A stretch of DNA of 62,256 nucleotides, counting the filler, from Sphacelaria rigidula (taxonomy: Eukaryota): assembly GCA_964200075.2 (NCBI GenBank). It is 11 parts of 11 records of this genome, joined end to end, with 100 filler letters (N's around TTAATTAATTAA, not from the genome) between each part and the next. Parts side by side here need not be neighbours in the genome. Positions count along the whole stretch, not along the records: positions 22,677 to 28,245 come from CAXNAA020026255.1; positions 28,346 to 33,914 come from CAXNAA020026256.1; positions 34,015 to 39,583 come from CAXNAA020026257.1; 8 more parts are not named here. One strand, given 5' to 3'. The translations under genes and the position numbers were made by a program. Numbering within the stretch: position 1 is the first letter of the stretch; each line of letters begins with the position of its first letter. Positions 22,901 through 36,625 of this stretch are shown in pieces. The notes under the pieces are model-generated. The model searched no databases. It worked only from the letters and a program-made list of their open reading frames with translations, and had not been told where the DNA came from.

Positions 22901-25268
22901 CGACCTCACCGCCGCTTGTACCACTTCGGGAGGGGGATACGCAGAACTCGTGCCTCTAGCTCCGTCTCTCGTCCCACAGCGTTGCGAGATTCAGTCGCCT
23001 TGTGAACATGACCACACACACACACATATATATACAGTAGGGTACATATATTCCGGAATTTCCCCCGAGCACTGTGTGTTAGTGTTATCAACTAGGTTCT
23101 ATTATAGGATGGTGACCGAAGCAAAAATCGGGGGAGTGAACGTCGGGCCTAGATAAAATGCAAGTGAATGATGAAGAAATCGGGAAAGCGAGCCCCGACC
23201 ACTTCGGCTTTCTTTTGCTTGGAAGGCTTTTTTGTGGGCCAGGGACAGGGTACACACACCGACTTTGCAGTGACATCACTTCCGGCGACAGCCCCCCCNN
23301 NNNNNNNNAGGCACCACCCCCCCAACCGCACCGTCCCTAGCTCTTCCGCCCCCCCCCCCCCCCCCCCCCCCCCCCCACTGGTCGTTTGGATGTGGTCGAT
23401 AAAATTGTGTAGGTCGCTCGCAGACTTGTTTATTACTATTTTACTAATACATGGTGAACCCCTTGTTAATGAGCTTCAGTCGCGAAAGGGTTGACCCTTA
23501 GACCGCGAGGTTAGTCTTAGTGGATCATGCATACTTTTTCCAAGTGAAATCGATGCCGATTCAACAGATGACCTACGCTCGTTGTCTAAGGCTTACCAGT
23601 CCTGCGCAAAAAATAAAAAACGTAACACAATATGAGCTCTGTTGATCCCCTCGAGCAGTTCCGCAACGTATAACCTCAGATCTAGACTCATGGGCTTGTT
23701 GTTGTGGTAACATGACATACGACCGGAGCTTCAGCACTTTGCGGCTATGACAGCGCGCGTACGACCGTGGCTCCTGCGCTCAGCATCTCTACCGGCGACA
23801 CCGGAACGAATTTTATATGGATGGTCATTATCCAGAGGGTGTGCCAGTACTGATCTATGTTTGTTTGCCAGCAGTGGACCCTCCCATATGTTCATGATGT
23901 GGAAGTGGGTGCACCAACATGTCCACATCTGCATCCACTCGCAGTGCTCAGAATCTGGTCTGTGATGAGTGCAATGATTTTTGTATGCAGCCCAAGTGCG
24001 GGCGTTCATAAATCTAGTACGGGCATTCCCGTACATTTCTTATTATTTTATTTTCGTGCAGGACTGTTGACTGTTCACAGCGGACGAACTTGCTAGCCCT
24101 AGACGTTCAGTAGTATTTCCCACATCAGGGATGAAAATGTATCCGGATCTTCCCATACGCTTCTACTAGTTTCCCTCAACCTGCTTCACTGGGATGCACG
24201 GGGGCACTTTCATGAGCGCCGCAAGGCGTTTTCGCTCACATCGGTGCCGATTTGAACTAATACAAGGCACACCTGGCCCAGGGATCCGTTGTAGATCCCC
24301 TCGGGCTGGTACTGACTTGACAGAAACGCACTTTGCGCACGCAATTTATTATTGGAAAATAAGGTAAATGGCGCCGATCCAACAAATCGCCTCCCCTGGC
24401 GGTGACGCCTTTTATCGCTAGGATGGGTGGTGTAGGCCTTCTACCCATTGTCCGAGTGAAGTTGATGCGGATTTCAACAGGTAACTGACCCTGGCGGTCA
24501 AGGGGTGAAAACTCAGATAGCGAACCCCCCGCAGGTGGACTGAAATGGACTATGCCGCATTTGGGGGCCAGAATAGCTCTTTTCTCACTACATGGAGCGC
24601 CTTTTTCATGAACATGTGGGTGTTGCGCATCTATATACAAAGTTTCCCCGGAAAATCCCTGACCGGCTTTGACCCTGCAGTCTATTGTGTTCAGAGTCCG
24701 TATGCTGCTGTGCTGTACGTATGTGTTCGCTGGATACAACGGCAAGAAACAGTGGGCGTGCCATCACTCTTCACTGAGCACAGTGCACTTCATGCTCTTA
24801 ATTGCCCTGCCTGAGTGTTCCACAATAACACTAAAGTGTGTGGCCATGCTGGCAGCACATAAGTGGCCAGGTAGGTGGCATAGACTACGAGCAGAGTAAG
24901 AAGCACATTACTTGTGTCCATGTTATCAATGGTTGAGTTGTCATGACCAAAGTGTGAAGGACGGGTAGACAGCGAAGTAGTCCCTCTGTAGTCTACCTGT
25001 AAAGGAACAAAATGATCATTCTAGTGGTCGTGATTGGCCAGGATTATCACTCCGCTCCTGTGGGGTCTCGTTCCTGGCTTGTACTTTTCCGTGGGAAACT
25101 TCCAAACATGCATGGTTGACTTGGTGAGGTTTTGGGCTATTCTGGCAACAGCCCCCCCTATCAATCTCCCCCCGTCCCCCGCACCCTCTGGAAATCCCGG
25201 ATGTTCCCGGCCTGTCAGCCTGCGAACCTGTTCCGAGGCGACCCCCGCTGTCTAAGGGTTGACCCGTA

Positions 25269-25688
25269 GACCGTCATGTATGGCAACCATTCCGTATTCG
25301 TACAACTATGAGGATTTCAACCCATGTCCATCCGATTTTCTCCCGTTGATTAATTTTTCGGACCCCAGTCCGTTGGGCAATGTTCTTTGCCTAGCTCTGA
25401 CGAAACCAGATCAATCCTCCGATTCTCAGGACGCTGACTCTCGGTGTTTCACCCTTCTGCTGAGATCGGGAGATGCGGGAGTCTCCCGCATCTGAGCAGA
25501 AAGGTGATGAACCAAAAGTCAGCGTCCAGCGAGTCGGAGAATTGATCTGGTTTCCTCAGGGCTAGGCGAAAAACGTTGCCCAACGGACTGGGATCCGAAA
25601 AATCAATCCACGGGAGAAAATCGTCTGTAGACGGGCTGAAATCCTCATATTTTTACAAATACGGATTGGTTGCGGCACAGGATGGCTT
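25269..25688. mobile_element. Fully palindromic (foldback) MITE with TA TSD
   Basis: An imperfect inverted repeat spans the whole 420 bp, centred near 25480; TA at 25267-8 and 25689-90; the reconstructed empty site GGGTTGACCC-x-TAGACCGCGAGG occurs uninterrupted at ~23488-23510. Confidence 0.8.
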
Positions 25689-26766
25689 TAGACCGCGAGG
25701 GCAGTCCATCTGATTAAACGTTCGACTGTGAGGGAGAAAAGTATATCCACGCAGGGGAGGGGGGAATAAGGATCCATCCAGATTTTTTACTGGCATGTTT
25801 CCACATGTTCTTCCCGTTCGTCACATTTTTCTGGCAGTGTCCACGAGCCTGAGGGCGTGTCTTGTCAAACGATTTTCCGATCGAAAAAGTGCGGTGGAAA
25901 ACAAACATTCCGATCGGATAGGCCGTGATTTCAACATCAATGACATGCACGTAAATGTCGACCAACTATACCGTTTCTTACCGATCGTATTTTGTTGGGG
26001 TCGTATTTTCCACTTTTATGGCAGCCTGGACCAAAGCACGCCATGCTATGAAATTGCTTGCTGTGCTACCACTAGAGCTGCCCGAGTGCCTACCGAGGAC
26101 CTCGGGGAAGTAACCAGTAGTCCATCGGATAGTACACTCACTAGTACATCTGCGGTCTTTCCGAACAGCTGTGGTGGTTGACTATGAGGGTGCCCGGGGT
26201 TGTTTTTGAGTTGACCCTCGCTTGGTGACCATGCTCATCCCCTTGTGTCACCTGTCTTTTCTTGTCTTTTCTCTCGGTGTGCTTTTTTTTGCAGATCCTG
26301 ATTTTTATTTTATTCACTTTCACCCCGTTGAACTCGGGGAAGCTCACGAGCGCATGCCGATTAGCGGTAGCTCTTGTTCATCTGTACATACACAATCAGT
26401 GCTGTTTGGCGGAAATCCGAAGAAAACCGGCCGTGTGTGTTCGAGAACGATTACTCAATATGGAGTCGTTGTCCGTTTGGGAGTGTGTTACACGATGCCC
26501 GTGTGACAGTAACTCGCCGTGTCTCCTTCAATGTTGCACCGATTTTCCCTAGGCCAAAAATATGTTACTTAGGTAATGGATATCTACGGCTCGAGCTATT
26601 CGTTGTTTATTCTGGGACAGTGAAATCAGAAGTTTATCTGAGCTTATGCGTTAGGTCCGGGCTGCGTGATAGGTGTGTACCACAACAAGAATCATTGCAC
26701 TTCATGGCCAACAGCCCAAAAAAGTCGAGGCGAATAGACTGATATTTTTCATCATGGCTGTTTTAA

Positions 26767-27432
26767 CCCTTTCGGTACTGGCAATGGAAAAGTGCTGATT
26801 TCGATGTGCTGTTTTTTTTCACAACATATGGTTGATTGTGTGCAACTTCCAAGGACCACTATTTTGCCCAAGGCGTGTTTTTCAGACCCGCGACCGCTTC
26901 CAACTGGCGGTGAATTGCGTAAATACTGTATCGCATATCAATCCTTGCACGTGTGGCGAGGGGATATCTGTGTGCTCGGTCATACTACGTTGTTCCTATG
27001 ATGTGGCTTAGCACGCTTGCCAAATGTTGGGCGGGTACGACCTCCAGACTGCAGCACAACAATACTCCGGTGGGGTGCGTCATCTATATAAATGTGTGCC
27101 GCAGTGCCACACGGGACTAAATATATAGAAAATGTACAGGTGGTGCTGATTTTTGTTGAATGAAATTCAGAGGCCGCGGTGCTGGTTTTTGCTTTGTGCA
27201 CAAAGTTGAACATACTTGACGCGTTGCGTCCCCTCATCCGATAAAATTAACCCGACCGCACCAGGGGGACATTTTTGGTGCGAGCATGACGTATGTCGGT
27301 GGGTCCTTTTGTGGCCTTCCGCCGTAAAAATGGTTGTTGTCGACATTTTTTTTCCCCATCTCTTCTCCTTTGCCAGCGCTTGAGAACATGAGGCGTCTGG
27401 ACCGGGTACGGGAGGAGAGGGTTCTCAAAGGG
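26767..27432. mobile_element. Non-autonomous piggyBac-like element
   Basis: TTAA|CCCTTT ... AAAGGG|TTAA termini; second copy at 3109-3790 in a different contig. Confidence 0.82.
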
Positions 27433-28181
27433 TTAAGAAAGCGCTGCCACCAGAAGAAAAAAAGCGCCGCCGCTTCTTTCCCTTTGGGGGGTGGTATTGC
27501 AGCGACCAATCAACATGCTTACTCCACTAGCTTCTTTTCATCTCGATAAGAAAGGACCTCAGTGTTACTCGTTCGGAGATTCCCTACGTTACGACAGATG
27601 AATGGCCGTCTGGATTGTTCGTGACGATTGTTTGCCGTGTCTTTGAGCGTGTCTTCGCATTTTATTTTATTTTTCAATCGAAAAGTAAGTGCGGTGGAAA
27701 TGTGATGGTTCGAGCGAATTCGTTCGTTTTGCGCGAGTCAGGTCGAAGCGAATTCGCAAGCTTTCGATCAGAAAAAGACAAATGGAGTTCTCGTTCGCTT
27801 GTAATTAGGATGGGCAGTGCTGTACTACAATATCTGTGGCGTCTGCATACAGTGTGCCTTGAGTGTGTGCGTGTTTCGTACAGCAGGATGTGAAGAAGAA
27901 GCGAGCAGCGTGCAATACTGACAGCCCAGGACGACGTGCACTCTATGCATAAAGCGCGATGTGAAAAGGACTTCAACAACGTGCAGCTTTGTACTGCCTA
28001 CACTGTCCATGAACATTTACGCACGTCGGTCGCCCACTCCACGCAATTCCGTCGCCGACCCCTACCACACAAGAAGATTCTCAATTTTTCACCGATAATA
28101 AATAAATACATAGTGCTCAACTGCTGCAGTGCATGTATCCTCGTACTCAACACAAACTACAGCGTGCAAGATCATGAGTAC

Positions 28182-28218
<37 letters not shown>

Positions 28219-28627
28219 CTCCGCCGCCCCCCCCCCCGCCCCCCCNNNNNNNNNNNNNNNNNNNNNNNNNNNNNNNNNNNNNNNNNNNNTTAATTAATTA
28301 ANNNNNNNNNNNNNNNNNNNNNNNNNNNNNNNNNNNNNNNNNNNNCCCGGCGTGCTCTGTCCCGGCATTGTAGGGATGCGAGGTCAATGGTATTTATGAC
28401 TATGGCATGCATGATGATGAATACACTCCCACAGTAACGGTGTAGCAAAGGATTAGAGCAAGGGAAACGCCACAAGAAGTGTCTAGAGATGACTTGAATC
28501 ACTTTTCCTACACTACACTACACGTACTAGGAGCGTCTTGACGTGTAATTCTGTCTGTTTTTGCCTCGCGTTCACGTTTCCTTTGCGCTGTGTGATCCTG
28601 CTTATGGATGATGACTGCACGGTGCAG

Positions 28628-28693
28628 AAGAAGGCTGTCGAGAGCGCTTCGTCAAAGACGTCCGAACCGGTCAAATTGGACCGGCCGAAGCAG
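28628..28693 (+). CDS. Possible small internal exon (KKAVESASSKTSEPVKLDRPKQ)
   Basis: cag acceptor, CAG|GTGATG donor, 66 nt, phase 0/0; could belong with 31367-31516. Confidence 0.35.
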
Positions 28694-30444
28694 GTGATGA
28701 CGTTGACTGGTCGACTGATCGATTGGTCGGTTGATGGATGTCACTGGTTGATTCATTGAGTCCCTCATTGTTGGATTGGTCAACTGATTAGTTGGTTGTT
28801 TCATTATTGTTCATCCCTCACTTCTAGATTCGCAACAAGGTTTCTCGTAAAATATAAGATCTCACGGGGAAAAATACCTCAAACATCCGGGTGCACTTCC
28901 CCCCTCTCCCGCCCTTCTCCCCCCCGACACAAACAAGGAAAGAGGGGAGGAAAATAAGGGGATGATGAGAAGCGGATAAAAATGTCAGAATTTGGAAGGA
29001 GTGAAGAAACAAGAGTTAACCCGCAGCACCGTTCCGCCGCAGATGGCGCTTTCTGCTTGCGATATTAGTTCCCACTCACCACTTCTTTTTGAATGGTCGA
29101 GTGTAAAACCCAGTGAAAAGTGCACCCGTCGGACAGCTCATGAACTTTCGAAAATATGATCCATTACTGGTGTACTGATCCAGATCATGAGCTAGCTCAT
29201 TTTACCCCCTTTTTCGATATTGACTCCCTACAGCGCTGAACACGCCGAGTAGCGCGAAGGTGGCTCATCGGCTCGGCTTTTCGGACCCTACGGTCACGTA
29301 TGTTGTGTTCTTGGACAAGGGATCTGAGGGTCCTCTTCGGCTAGTAGTTATTCCGGGTAGTTCGTGAACTCTCCGACGCATGGAATAGTGCATATTCTGC
29401 CACTTGGGCGGCGTATTGCGCTTCACACGATCACCGGCGGATAGGGCCACCTCGGAGAATGACTCGCTCCATTGTCTGGCAGGACTCCGTCAAAGCTTGA
29501 CTTGGACGATTTTCCTTACACGCAGTCCTGACTTTGACTGTTGATGAAAAAATGAGAGGAGAAAAAACCGGGCAAAAACTGCGAGAGTCAGACGAATCGT
29601 TGCTGGTTCGGATTACCGAGTCTACGATTTCTGAGACCTGATTTCTTGAAAAGAAGAAAAAAAGTTGACCGCGGGTAAACAAAAAGCCTTGACGCAAAGT
29701 TTTGTGTTGTTTCACATGCCTGTGGTGGGCATATATTATCGGGGTGTACGGTACAAGTCAGCTAGACTGAAAGCAATCGATTTTCAGATGAAAGATTTTT
29801 CGCCTAACGCTTGAAAAATTCGAAATTGCACACCCTGGATGAGGACAATCAATACCATTGGCAAAAAGTATACTGCTTACAGTATCGAATATGGGTTCTA
29901 CTGTAGTACAGTACGGTGCAGTACGCCTCTCCGACTGCAGCAGTAGCAACCGCTGCATACTCCCTTGCACGTTCTCGGCAATTCTCAGCTACCGAGATCA
30001 ACTGTCTATATACCACTTCTTCATCCCCGCCCACTACATGCATGTTAACTGCACACTGCAAGTCATCGGCCACTGGGCAGGCGAGTCCCGCATCAGATGC
30101 TGCAGCTGCAGGCAACGGCCGAGATTGGCTGGAGGTTGCTGGGGCACCCCCCCCTTGTGGAGCGGCCGTTTCCCCTCCCCTAGATCCATGTCATGTACTG
30201 GTGCACGTGAACGCTGCGTGCACGTGTACGTTACACCCGGTCTCTCGATAGGAGTGTGGTCAAGATGATTATGATGTATGATGTTATGCGGTCACAACAG
30301 CTTATAATTTGTGAGGTTGGGCGGTTCGCGCGAACTTGCTGGAATAGTATGTCATATGCCACGGTCATTTAAACTCACTGGTTTTTATTCAAGCACGATC
30401 TTCTGGGATTTGAAAATCCATCGCGAACTTGAAGTGTCAACGCT

Positions 30445-30710
30445 TCATGTAACGTGTTTATGACGTTACATGTAACATGTAACGTAATATGAAACGTTTC
30501 GTGTAACGTGTAACGTCTAATACACGTGTGACGTGTAATCGGCGTTACACGTTACGTGAAACATGTCATAGTACGTGTTTTGAACGTCCGGGCAATTTAA
30601 CGTTACGTTAACGCTTCATTAAAAAAATTCAACGTTACGTTCACGTTACTTTTCGGCCTAAACGGCACGTGAACGTAACGTGTAACGCTATGGCACGTGT
30701 AACGTGTATA
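30445..30710. repeat. Low-complexity array of TAACGT/ACGTTA/CACGTG motifs in both orientations
   Basis: Dense ACGT-core hexamers are directly visible. Confidence 0.85.
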
Positions 30711-30965
30711 TCCTTGAAAAAAACAAGGAAGAAAAAAATCACCTTCTATTCCTCCTTTTTTTTTTCCCACGTGTAATGATGTTTTTCATTGGCGTGTCGG
30801 TCAGTTCAAGTGACATTTGCGTTGTCTTTCCCATCTTTTTGCCTTCTTGTCTATTTGTTGTTTTTGCTTTTCTTCTTACTTCCTGCTCTCTCTACATGAC
30901 TAGCATAAGAGTTCCGGGAACACGTTCTTTATCTTTTCCTTTCTTTTTTGTCAGCGTAAATTTTG

Positions 30966-32794
30966 CACACGTCGGACAGCTCATGAGCTAGCTGCCCCAA
31001 GTAACCTATTGAAGAGGACCCTCACAGTCGCTATCCAAGAATAGCGTACGTGACAGCGGGGTCCGAGAAGTCAAAGCGCTACCTTTGCGCCACGCCGCAT
31101 GCTCGGCGTCCAGCTCTCCAAGGAGAAAGGGTGAAAAAATGGACCAAACATGCTTGCTCATGATCCGGATCAGGGCGCCAATAATAAGTAATATTTGGGT
31201 AGCTCTTGAGCTGTCCGACGTGCAAACGTTTGCCAGCGTATAACATTTCGTGCAAGTGTTCAATTGAAGACTTCGAAAATTTGCATTATTTTTTTTCCCG
31301 ACATTTTTCCGAGTTTGGACGTGGTGACTGATGAAGAAACACGACTGAAATATCGACAACACACAGGTGCAAGGAGTGTTCGACGAGCTCCAAAAAAAAG
31401 CCGTGGAGTACTACAAGTCAACAGCAACCACGGAAAAATCCAAATCTCCTGCTCCAGCTGCCGGTTTCGCCACACCGCTCCCGCCCGCCATGGCGAAATT
31501 GGAATCAGAAGTGGAGGTGCGAATCAAGGAAACGGCGTGTACATCATTTGTTTTTATCGTGGACTTTTTTGGGGGGGGGGGTGTAGATTTGTTTTCGGGC
31601 AACAGTGGCGTCTCTAGTACGCACTCTGCGTTTGTTTTAGACTTTTTTCCTTTTTTTTCTTTCTCTTATTTTTTGCTCAATTTAGTCCTTTTTTTTCCTT
31701 GTATCTTTTTATTATGCTTTCACATTTGGATGTGTGCGTATACCTTGAACTTGCATGGGGCTCGGACGAATAACAACCCGTCTGAAATTTTTTGCTTCTA
31801 GTGTAATTGATTCGTACCGTACGATCCAATCCTTTGGTTTCGTTTTTCAGCGTTGCTCCCCGGGTACGCACACCCCTGGCACGTAGGATAATACCGCAAA
31901 AATTGCGCGGATTTTTCGACCCGCGACTAACGTTTTTATATCTTTCGAGCAATCGGGCCTCAAAAATCGTAGATTTGGTGATTCGAACCAGCCATGACTC
32001 GTTCGACCCGTGGTGCCTTGTGACCAGGTCTGTATCCCTTGGGGGATCAGGTTGGTGGGCGACAGCGAACTCATCAAATAAGATCCATACGTCATCAGGA
32101 AGAGAAACAGAGAGAACAAGAAAAAAAACAATAGAAAACGGTATGATAGGATTTGAGGAAGAAAAAGTGAAGAAAAATCGTTCTTTTGTCTCATGTTTCG
32201 GTAGAAGGGATGATATGACACGAGGAAAAAGTGCTTCGTTTTTCGTCTCTTGTTCCGTGACAAGAGATGTGATGATCTGACGAGAGAACTGATCCGTTTT
32301 TTTTTTCTCGTTCCGTAAGCGCAGTACTGGAAGGGCAACCCGTAGCTCTCTTGTAGTCAAACATGTACATGTGAGCTACGTCTGATAGCTCACCCAGGAC
32401 AAACATGAGCTGGTGAGCTACGGGTTGGTAGCTCACGTAAGGCAAAAATGTGTAGCTCATGTAGCTCTCATAGCTCGTCCAGGGCAAACATGTGCGGATG
32501 AGCTACGCCCGGTAGCTCACCCAGGGCGAACATGCGTAGCTCATGCAGCTCTCATAGCTCACCCAGGGAGAATTTGAGCTGATGAGCTACGAGTTGGTAG
32601 CTCATCCAGCGCAAACATGCGTGGCTCATGTAGCTCTCGTAGCTAACCCAGGACGAATATGAGCTGATGAGCTACGGGTTGGTGGCTCACGTAGCGCAAA
32701 AAGGGGTAGCTCATGTAGCTTTCATAGCTCACTAGGGATCTACTCTGAAAAAAAGCTAGCTCGAGCGACAAGGGGCTGATCTGTCCGACGTGTG
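30966..32794. mobile_element. DNA-transposon family termini CACACGTCGGACAG / CTGTCCGACGTGTG with AGCTC/GAGCT subterminal array (32340-32760)
   Basis: Terminus motif at ~29123 (variant), 30966, 31211 (inverted), 32781 (inverted) and ~39744 (inverted); pairing of ends and TSD unresolved. Confidence 0.55.
31367..31516 (+). CDS. Probable internal exon of an unknown protein (VQGVFDELQKKAVEYYKS...LESEVE)
   Basis: acacag acceptor, GAG|GTGCGA donor, 150 nt, phase 0/0, open frame. Confidence 0.55.
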
Positions 32795-33605
32795 CAATAT
32801 TTTGGTATTTTGAAGAATTGCGTATCACCTGCTCAAGTCAGTCACAAATGACTTGTATGGGCACTAGAGAGGGGAACAACGGCACTGGGCTGGCTGCTGC
32901 GCCATGGCATGGACCGGATCTCCATTTGTTAAAATACAACAATATTGGGTATACCCTATCGGACCTGTCGTTGCAGTACTGCACTCGTGACCCTGGTCCG
33001 ATCCGAGACTGGTCAAATATCAAAGTACTGGTTGCGTTGCTGTCGTGTCTGGTCTCATTCACAGTATCCGGTTGGCGTAGGCCAGTAGAAAGTTTGGAAT
33101 TTTTTTTTGGTAACTTATCGTACATTTTTTTCGAGTGCCGTCCAGTCATGTTGCTTTCGCTTTTTTATTTCTTTTGTTTTTTCACGCGGAAGAAGAAAGC
33201 AAGAGAAAAACAGAAGATATAGTGCTTTTGCTTTAATATTCCAAGACTATCTTGTGAGAATGTGTATAACTCACCATGTTTGTTGTATAGATAGTGCCGT
33301 CTACATCGTTTGTTTTCTCTCTTTTTTTTTGTGCCGTTCAACGTATTTTTTCGTTTATTAAACACAAGAGAGATACCAAACCATCCACTTTGCTCACTAT
33401 TCCTCTTTCGTCGTTACCGTGCAGTGCCGTGTGTGCACAAGACGGCAATAGTCGGCGATGAAGAAGATACTCGGGGGTAAAATTGCAGCACTACGCTGCC
33501 CAGGGGCATTGACTTTTTGCCATTACAGTTACCCATCGACTAGTACATATTCACTCCCTGTATCTTTCCATCTCTAGAACTTCATTGTTCAATCTCAAGC
33601 ATCCC

Positions 33606-33914
33606 GGTCGCCCCAGTGGCTCAGTTGGCAACCTCGAAACCCTCTGACGGTTGGATCGTGGGTTCATTTCTCGGAGTAGTCTGGGATTTTTTCTCGCACC
33701 ATGCCCAACAGTGGAGAGCGACTATGTCGTGGGTACACTAAAGTCGACGTGACGGTCGACGAGGAAAGGGACCGCTAAACCCCTTTCGCGATTAAAACAA
33801 GAGCAAGCACCGCAGAAGGAAAGTGAGGTACTGTACAAAATAACTTCCTCCTGTGTGACCCCGGCTGGTGCGCCCACATATACCGAAAGGTGTAGACCGG
33901 CGTCCAGAATAGAA
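33606..33914 (+). mobile_element. tRNA-derived SINE-like element
   Basis: A-box TGGCTCAGTTGG (~33617) and degenerate B-box GGTTCATTTCT (~33662), followed by a non-tRNA body; no acceptor stem closes. Confidence 0.6.
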
Positions 33915-34025
33915 NNNNNNNNNNNNNNNNNNNNNNNNNNNNNNNNNNNNNNNNNNNNTTAATTAATTAANNNNNNNNNNNNNNNNNNNNNNNNNNNNNN
34001 NNNNNNNNNNNNNNGGGCCCGCGGG

Positions 34026-34065
<40 letters not shown>

Positions 34066-35313
34066 TCGCGGCACAACTCTTCCCTCACCTGTTTTCAAGT
34101 TTATCCACAAAACTTCACGTTCGAGACTCTGGTGAAGAGACGAAAGTCGCCCATAACGGGCACTTCTGACTCTTTCCCGGTTGCAGCGGGTTCTTGGGGT
34201 TCAGGCCAATACAGAAGGACGGGGATTTCGAGGTGCAACCGGCAGAAATGTAACAGTTTGATACCAATCGTGGGCGGCCACGGTCTCTTCTCCAGGAACT
34301 ACCTCTTGACAACGACGTTAGAAATGATTGCCATTTGAATCTGCGATTCATTCCCCGGTCTAGCCGGCATTTGCGGCTGTGTGAGCATCTTCGGGTGGAG
34401 GAGAGGGTAGATTTTCCCCCCGGTTTGGCGGCCATATCTAGATGCTCCCCGCATTTTGCATTTGGAACATGCCTATAATATCTCTCGCCGTAGCCAGGCA
34501 CCGTCTGTTTGTTGTAGTCCAAAGCGGTCGGTATCCCCCTAATTCTACTGAGATGGGGTGAGATGGGGTGCGCACGGAAATAGCGAAGCGACCAAGGGTT
34601 GGAAAGAAAGTCTCGTGGGGGACGGAGCTGGTGATGTCACAGTAGAGTTTGTGCGAGAAGCTGGCATGCGTATACAGTGCCCCAGCGTTGTGTACTTCAC
34701 TGCTATAGTTTCCTTTTTTCTCCTGTCAGACATAACCCGGCCTACGACATGGGTTGCAAGCTATCGTGAATCTTCCGGCCAATGCCGTATCAGTCACATG
34801 GGACAGTAGTACATAATAATATAAGCCAGGCTACAATGGCAAGCCGCCTTCTCCTACTGCACCACATCCCCCCCTACCCCAGCCAAGTCGATCAAATTTG
34901 TACGGAACTATACCCTTGGCGATATCATTAGTGTGGACGTTTGGTGACTTTTGGCATGTGCTAGCGCCGAAAAATGCAACACAATGGCTTGCTTACCTAT
35001 GAAAACGTCCAGGAGTGAAATTGTGTCTGAAGCACTGCAGCGTGGATGTAGAAAATCGAGTCTTGAGGGTATTGGACGTGAAGGCGTCAATGCATCCCAC
35101 TCGTACAACACCGTGAACGCTGTAGCGGGGGGGAAACAGCAAGATAGCCGAACTCCGCATCTGCATCCTCCAGGCGTATTGCCACAATCCACAGGCAGAT
35201 GCAGATATATGCCGCAAGGCGCCCCCATTGGCATGGGCGTCAACTACTAAAATATGGGCCTTGCACAGTCAAATCAGAGTAAACGCACCGAATAAACGTT
35301 GAAGTGCATGAAG

Positions 35314-35682
35314 CAGCCGATCATCGAAATCGAGGATGGAGATGATCATTGAGGATGAGAACCCGGAGAATTAGAATCTTCGTATCCACACCGCATCTTC
35401 GACATATGGTTCCATTCCTTCACCCACTGGTAGCTATTGACAGTTACTACACGCCATACAAATCGGATTACCTGAATTACCCATATTTTTTTCTTCACCT
35501 ACGACCCCAGCATTACGGTTATCGAAATCCAAATTTGTATGGCGTGTAGTAACTGTCAATAGCTACCAGTGGGTGAAGGAATGGAACCATATATCGAAGA
35601 TTCGGTGTGGATACGAAGATTTTAATTCTCCGGGTTCTCATCCTCAATGATCATCTCCATCCTCAATTTCGATGATCAGCTG
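35314..35682. mobile_element. Foldback MITE with ~155-bp near-perfect arms and ~55-bp loop
   Basis: CAGCCGATCATCGAAATCGAGGATGG... pairs with ...CCATCCTCAATTTCGATGATCAGCTG; a related terminus lies at 17008-17086. Confidence 0.88.
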
Positions 35683-36625
35683 TTATGATGAGAAGGAGGA
35701 CCTAAGCACAACCCCACACGTATGCATCATCCTACGGCGGGTGATCACCGGAACGAAGGGCGCACACGGTGTTCTTGTTAAGAGGTGGACAGACATTTGA
35801 GGCACACTGACTGGTACTGCGTTTTGTTCCGAGGTTTCGTAGTTTTTATGGTTTTGTCACACTTTCACACTTTGCCTTTTGCTGTCTGTCTCACGTCAAG
35901 TGCTGTCACGGAACTGACCTGCAGCGTGATGTGCGGCCTCTCACGATATTAGAACCCCACCCCCCCTCGTTTGCTGCTTGCATGTACCGGAAGCCGCGAA
36001 ATATGAGCAAGGTGGACAACAGCGATGCCACGGGCGGGAAAACCAGGCGAGGAAGCAAGGCATATTTTTTCGTGTTGTCGGTCTGAATCTGCGGTGGCTT
36101 TTGGGCGCTTGTGCTCGCGTTGCTGAGAAAAACGTCAGATATTAGCAGCTACAGCGCTGATGTCGTGCACGTAGCATGGCGCTTTGTGTCTTTACAGCTG
36201 TGTACCGCTTTCATTCGTAGGTGGAGATGGGTTTGTCAAGAAGCTGCATTTACTCCTGCTTTCTTAGTGTGCTCGCAAAACCCTACCATGGTTGTCCGGG
36301 GTACATGTGGTTGGAGCTGATCCAAAAAACGATGATACCTGTGGCTTACACTGGCTTCTGCTCTGAACCCGCGGTTCTGCTTCAGTCTGGTCCCCATTTT
36401 CGGCACTGTATCCAAGTGCTTCCACGCATGTCTGTACAAGCTGGCTCCGCAAAGAGCGAGAGCGAGGCTCTGGACCAAACTTTGACGGACAGAAAATCAG
36501 TGATACGAAATGGATGATTTTCTATCAAGCCGCATATGATCATGCCTTGATGGTCTTGATGATAGAATATTCTCCCCCTTAATTTTGCTCCGCCGACCAT
36601 TTTAACTAGCTCGACACGCGGTGGA

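Noticed and set aside
20300..24900. Decayed coding-like stretches (20300-21750, 23700-24900; similarly 34100-35250 and 51200-52500)
   Set aside because: Frequent stops and no motif I can assign; probably old TE relics, not supportable without a search
33606..33685. tRNA gene (also 7270-7345)
   Set aside because: Only A/B-box remnants; a cloverleaf cannot be formed and SINE-like bodies follow
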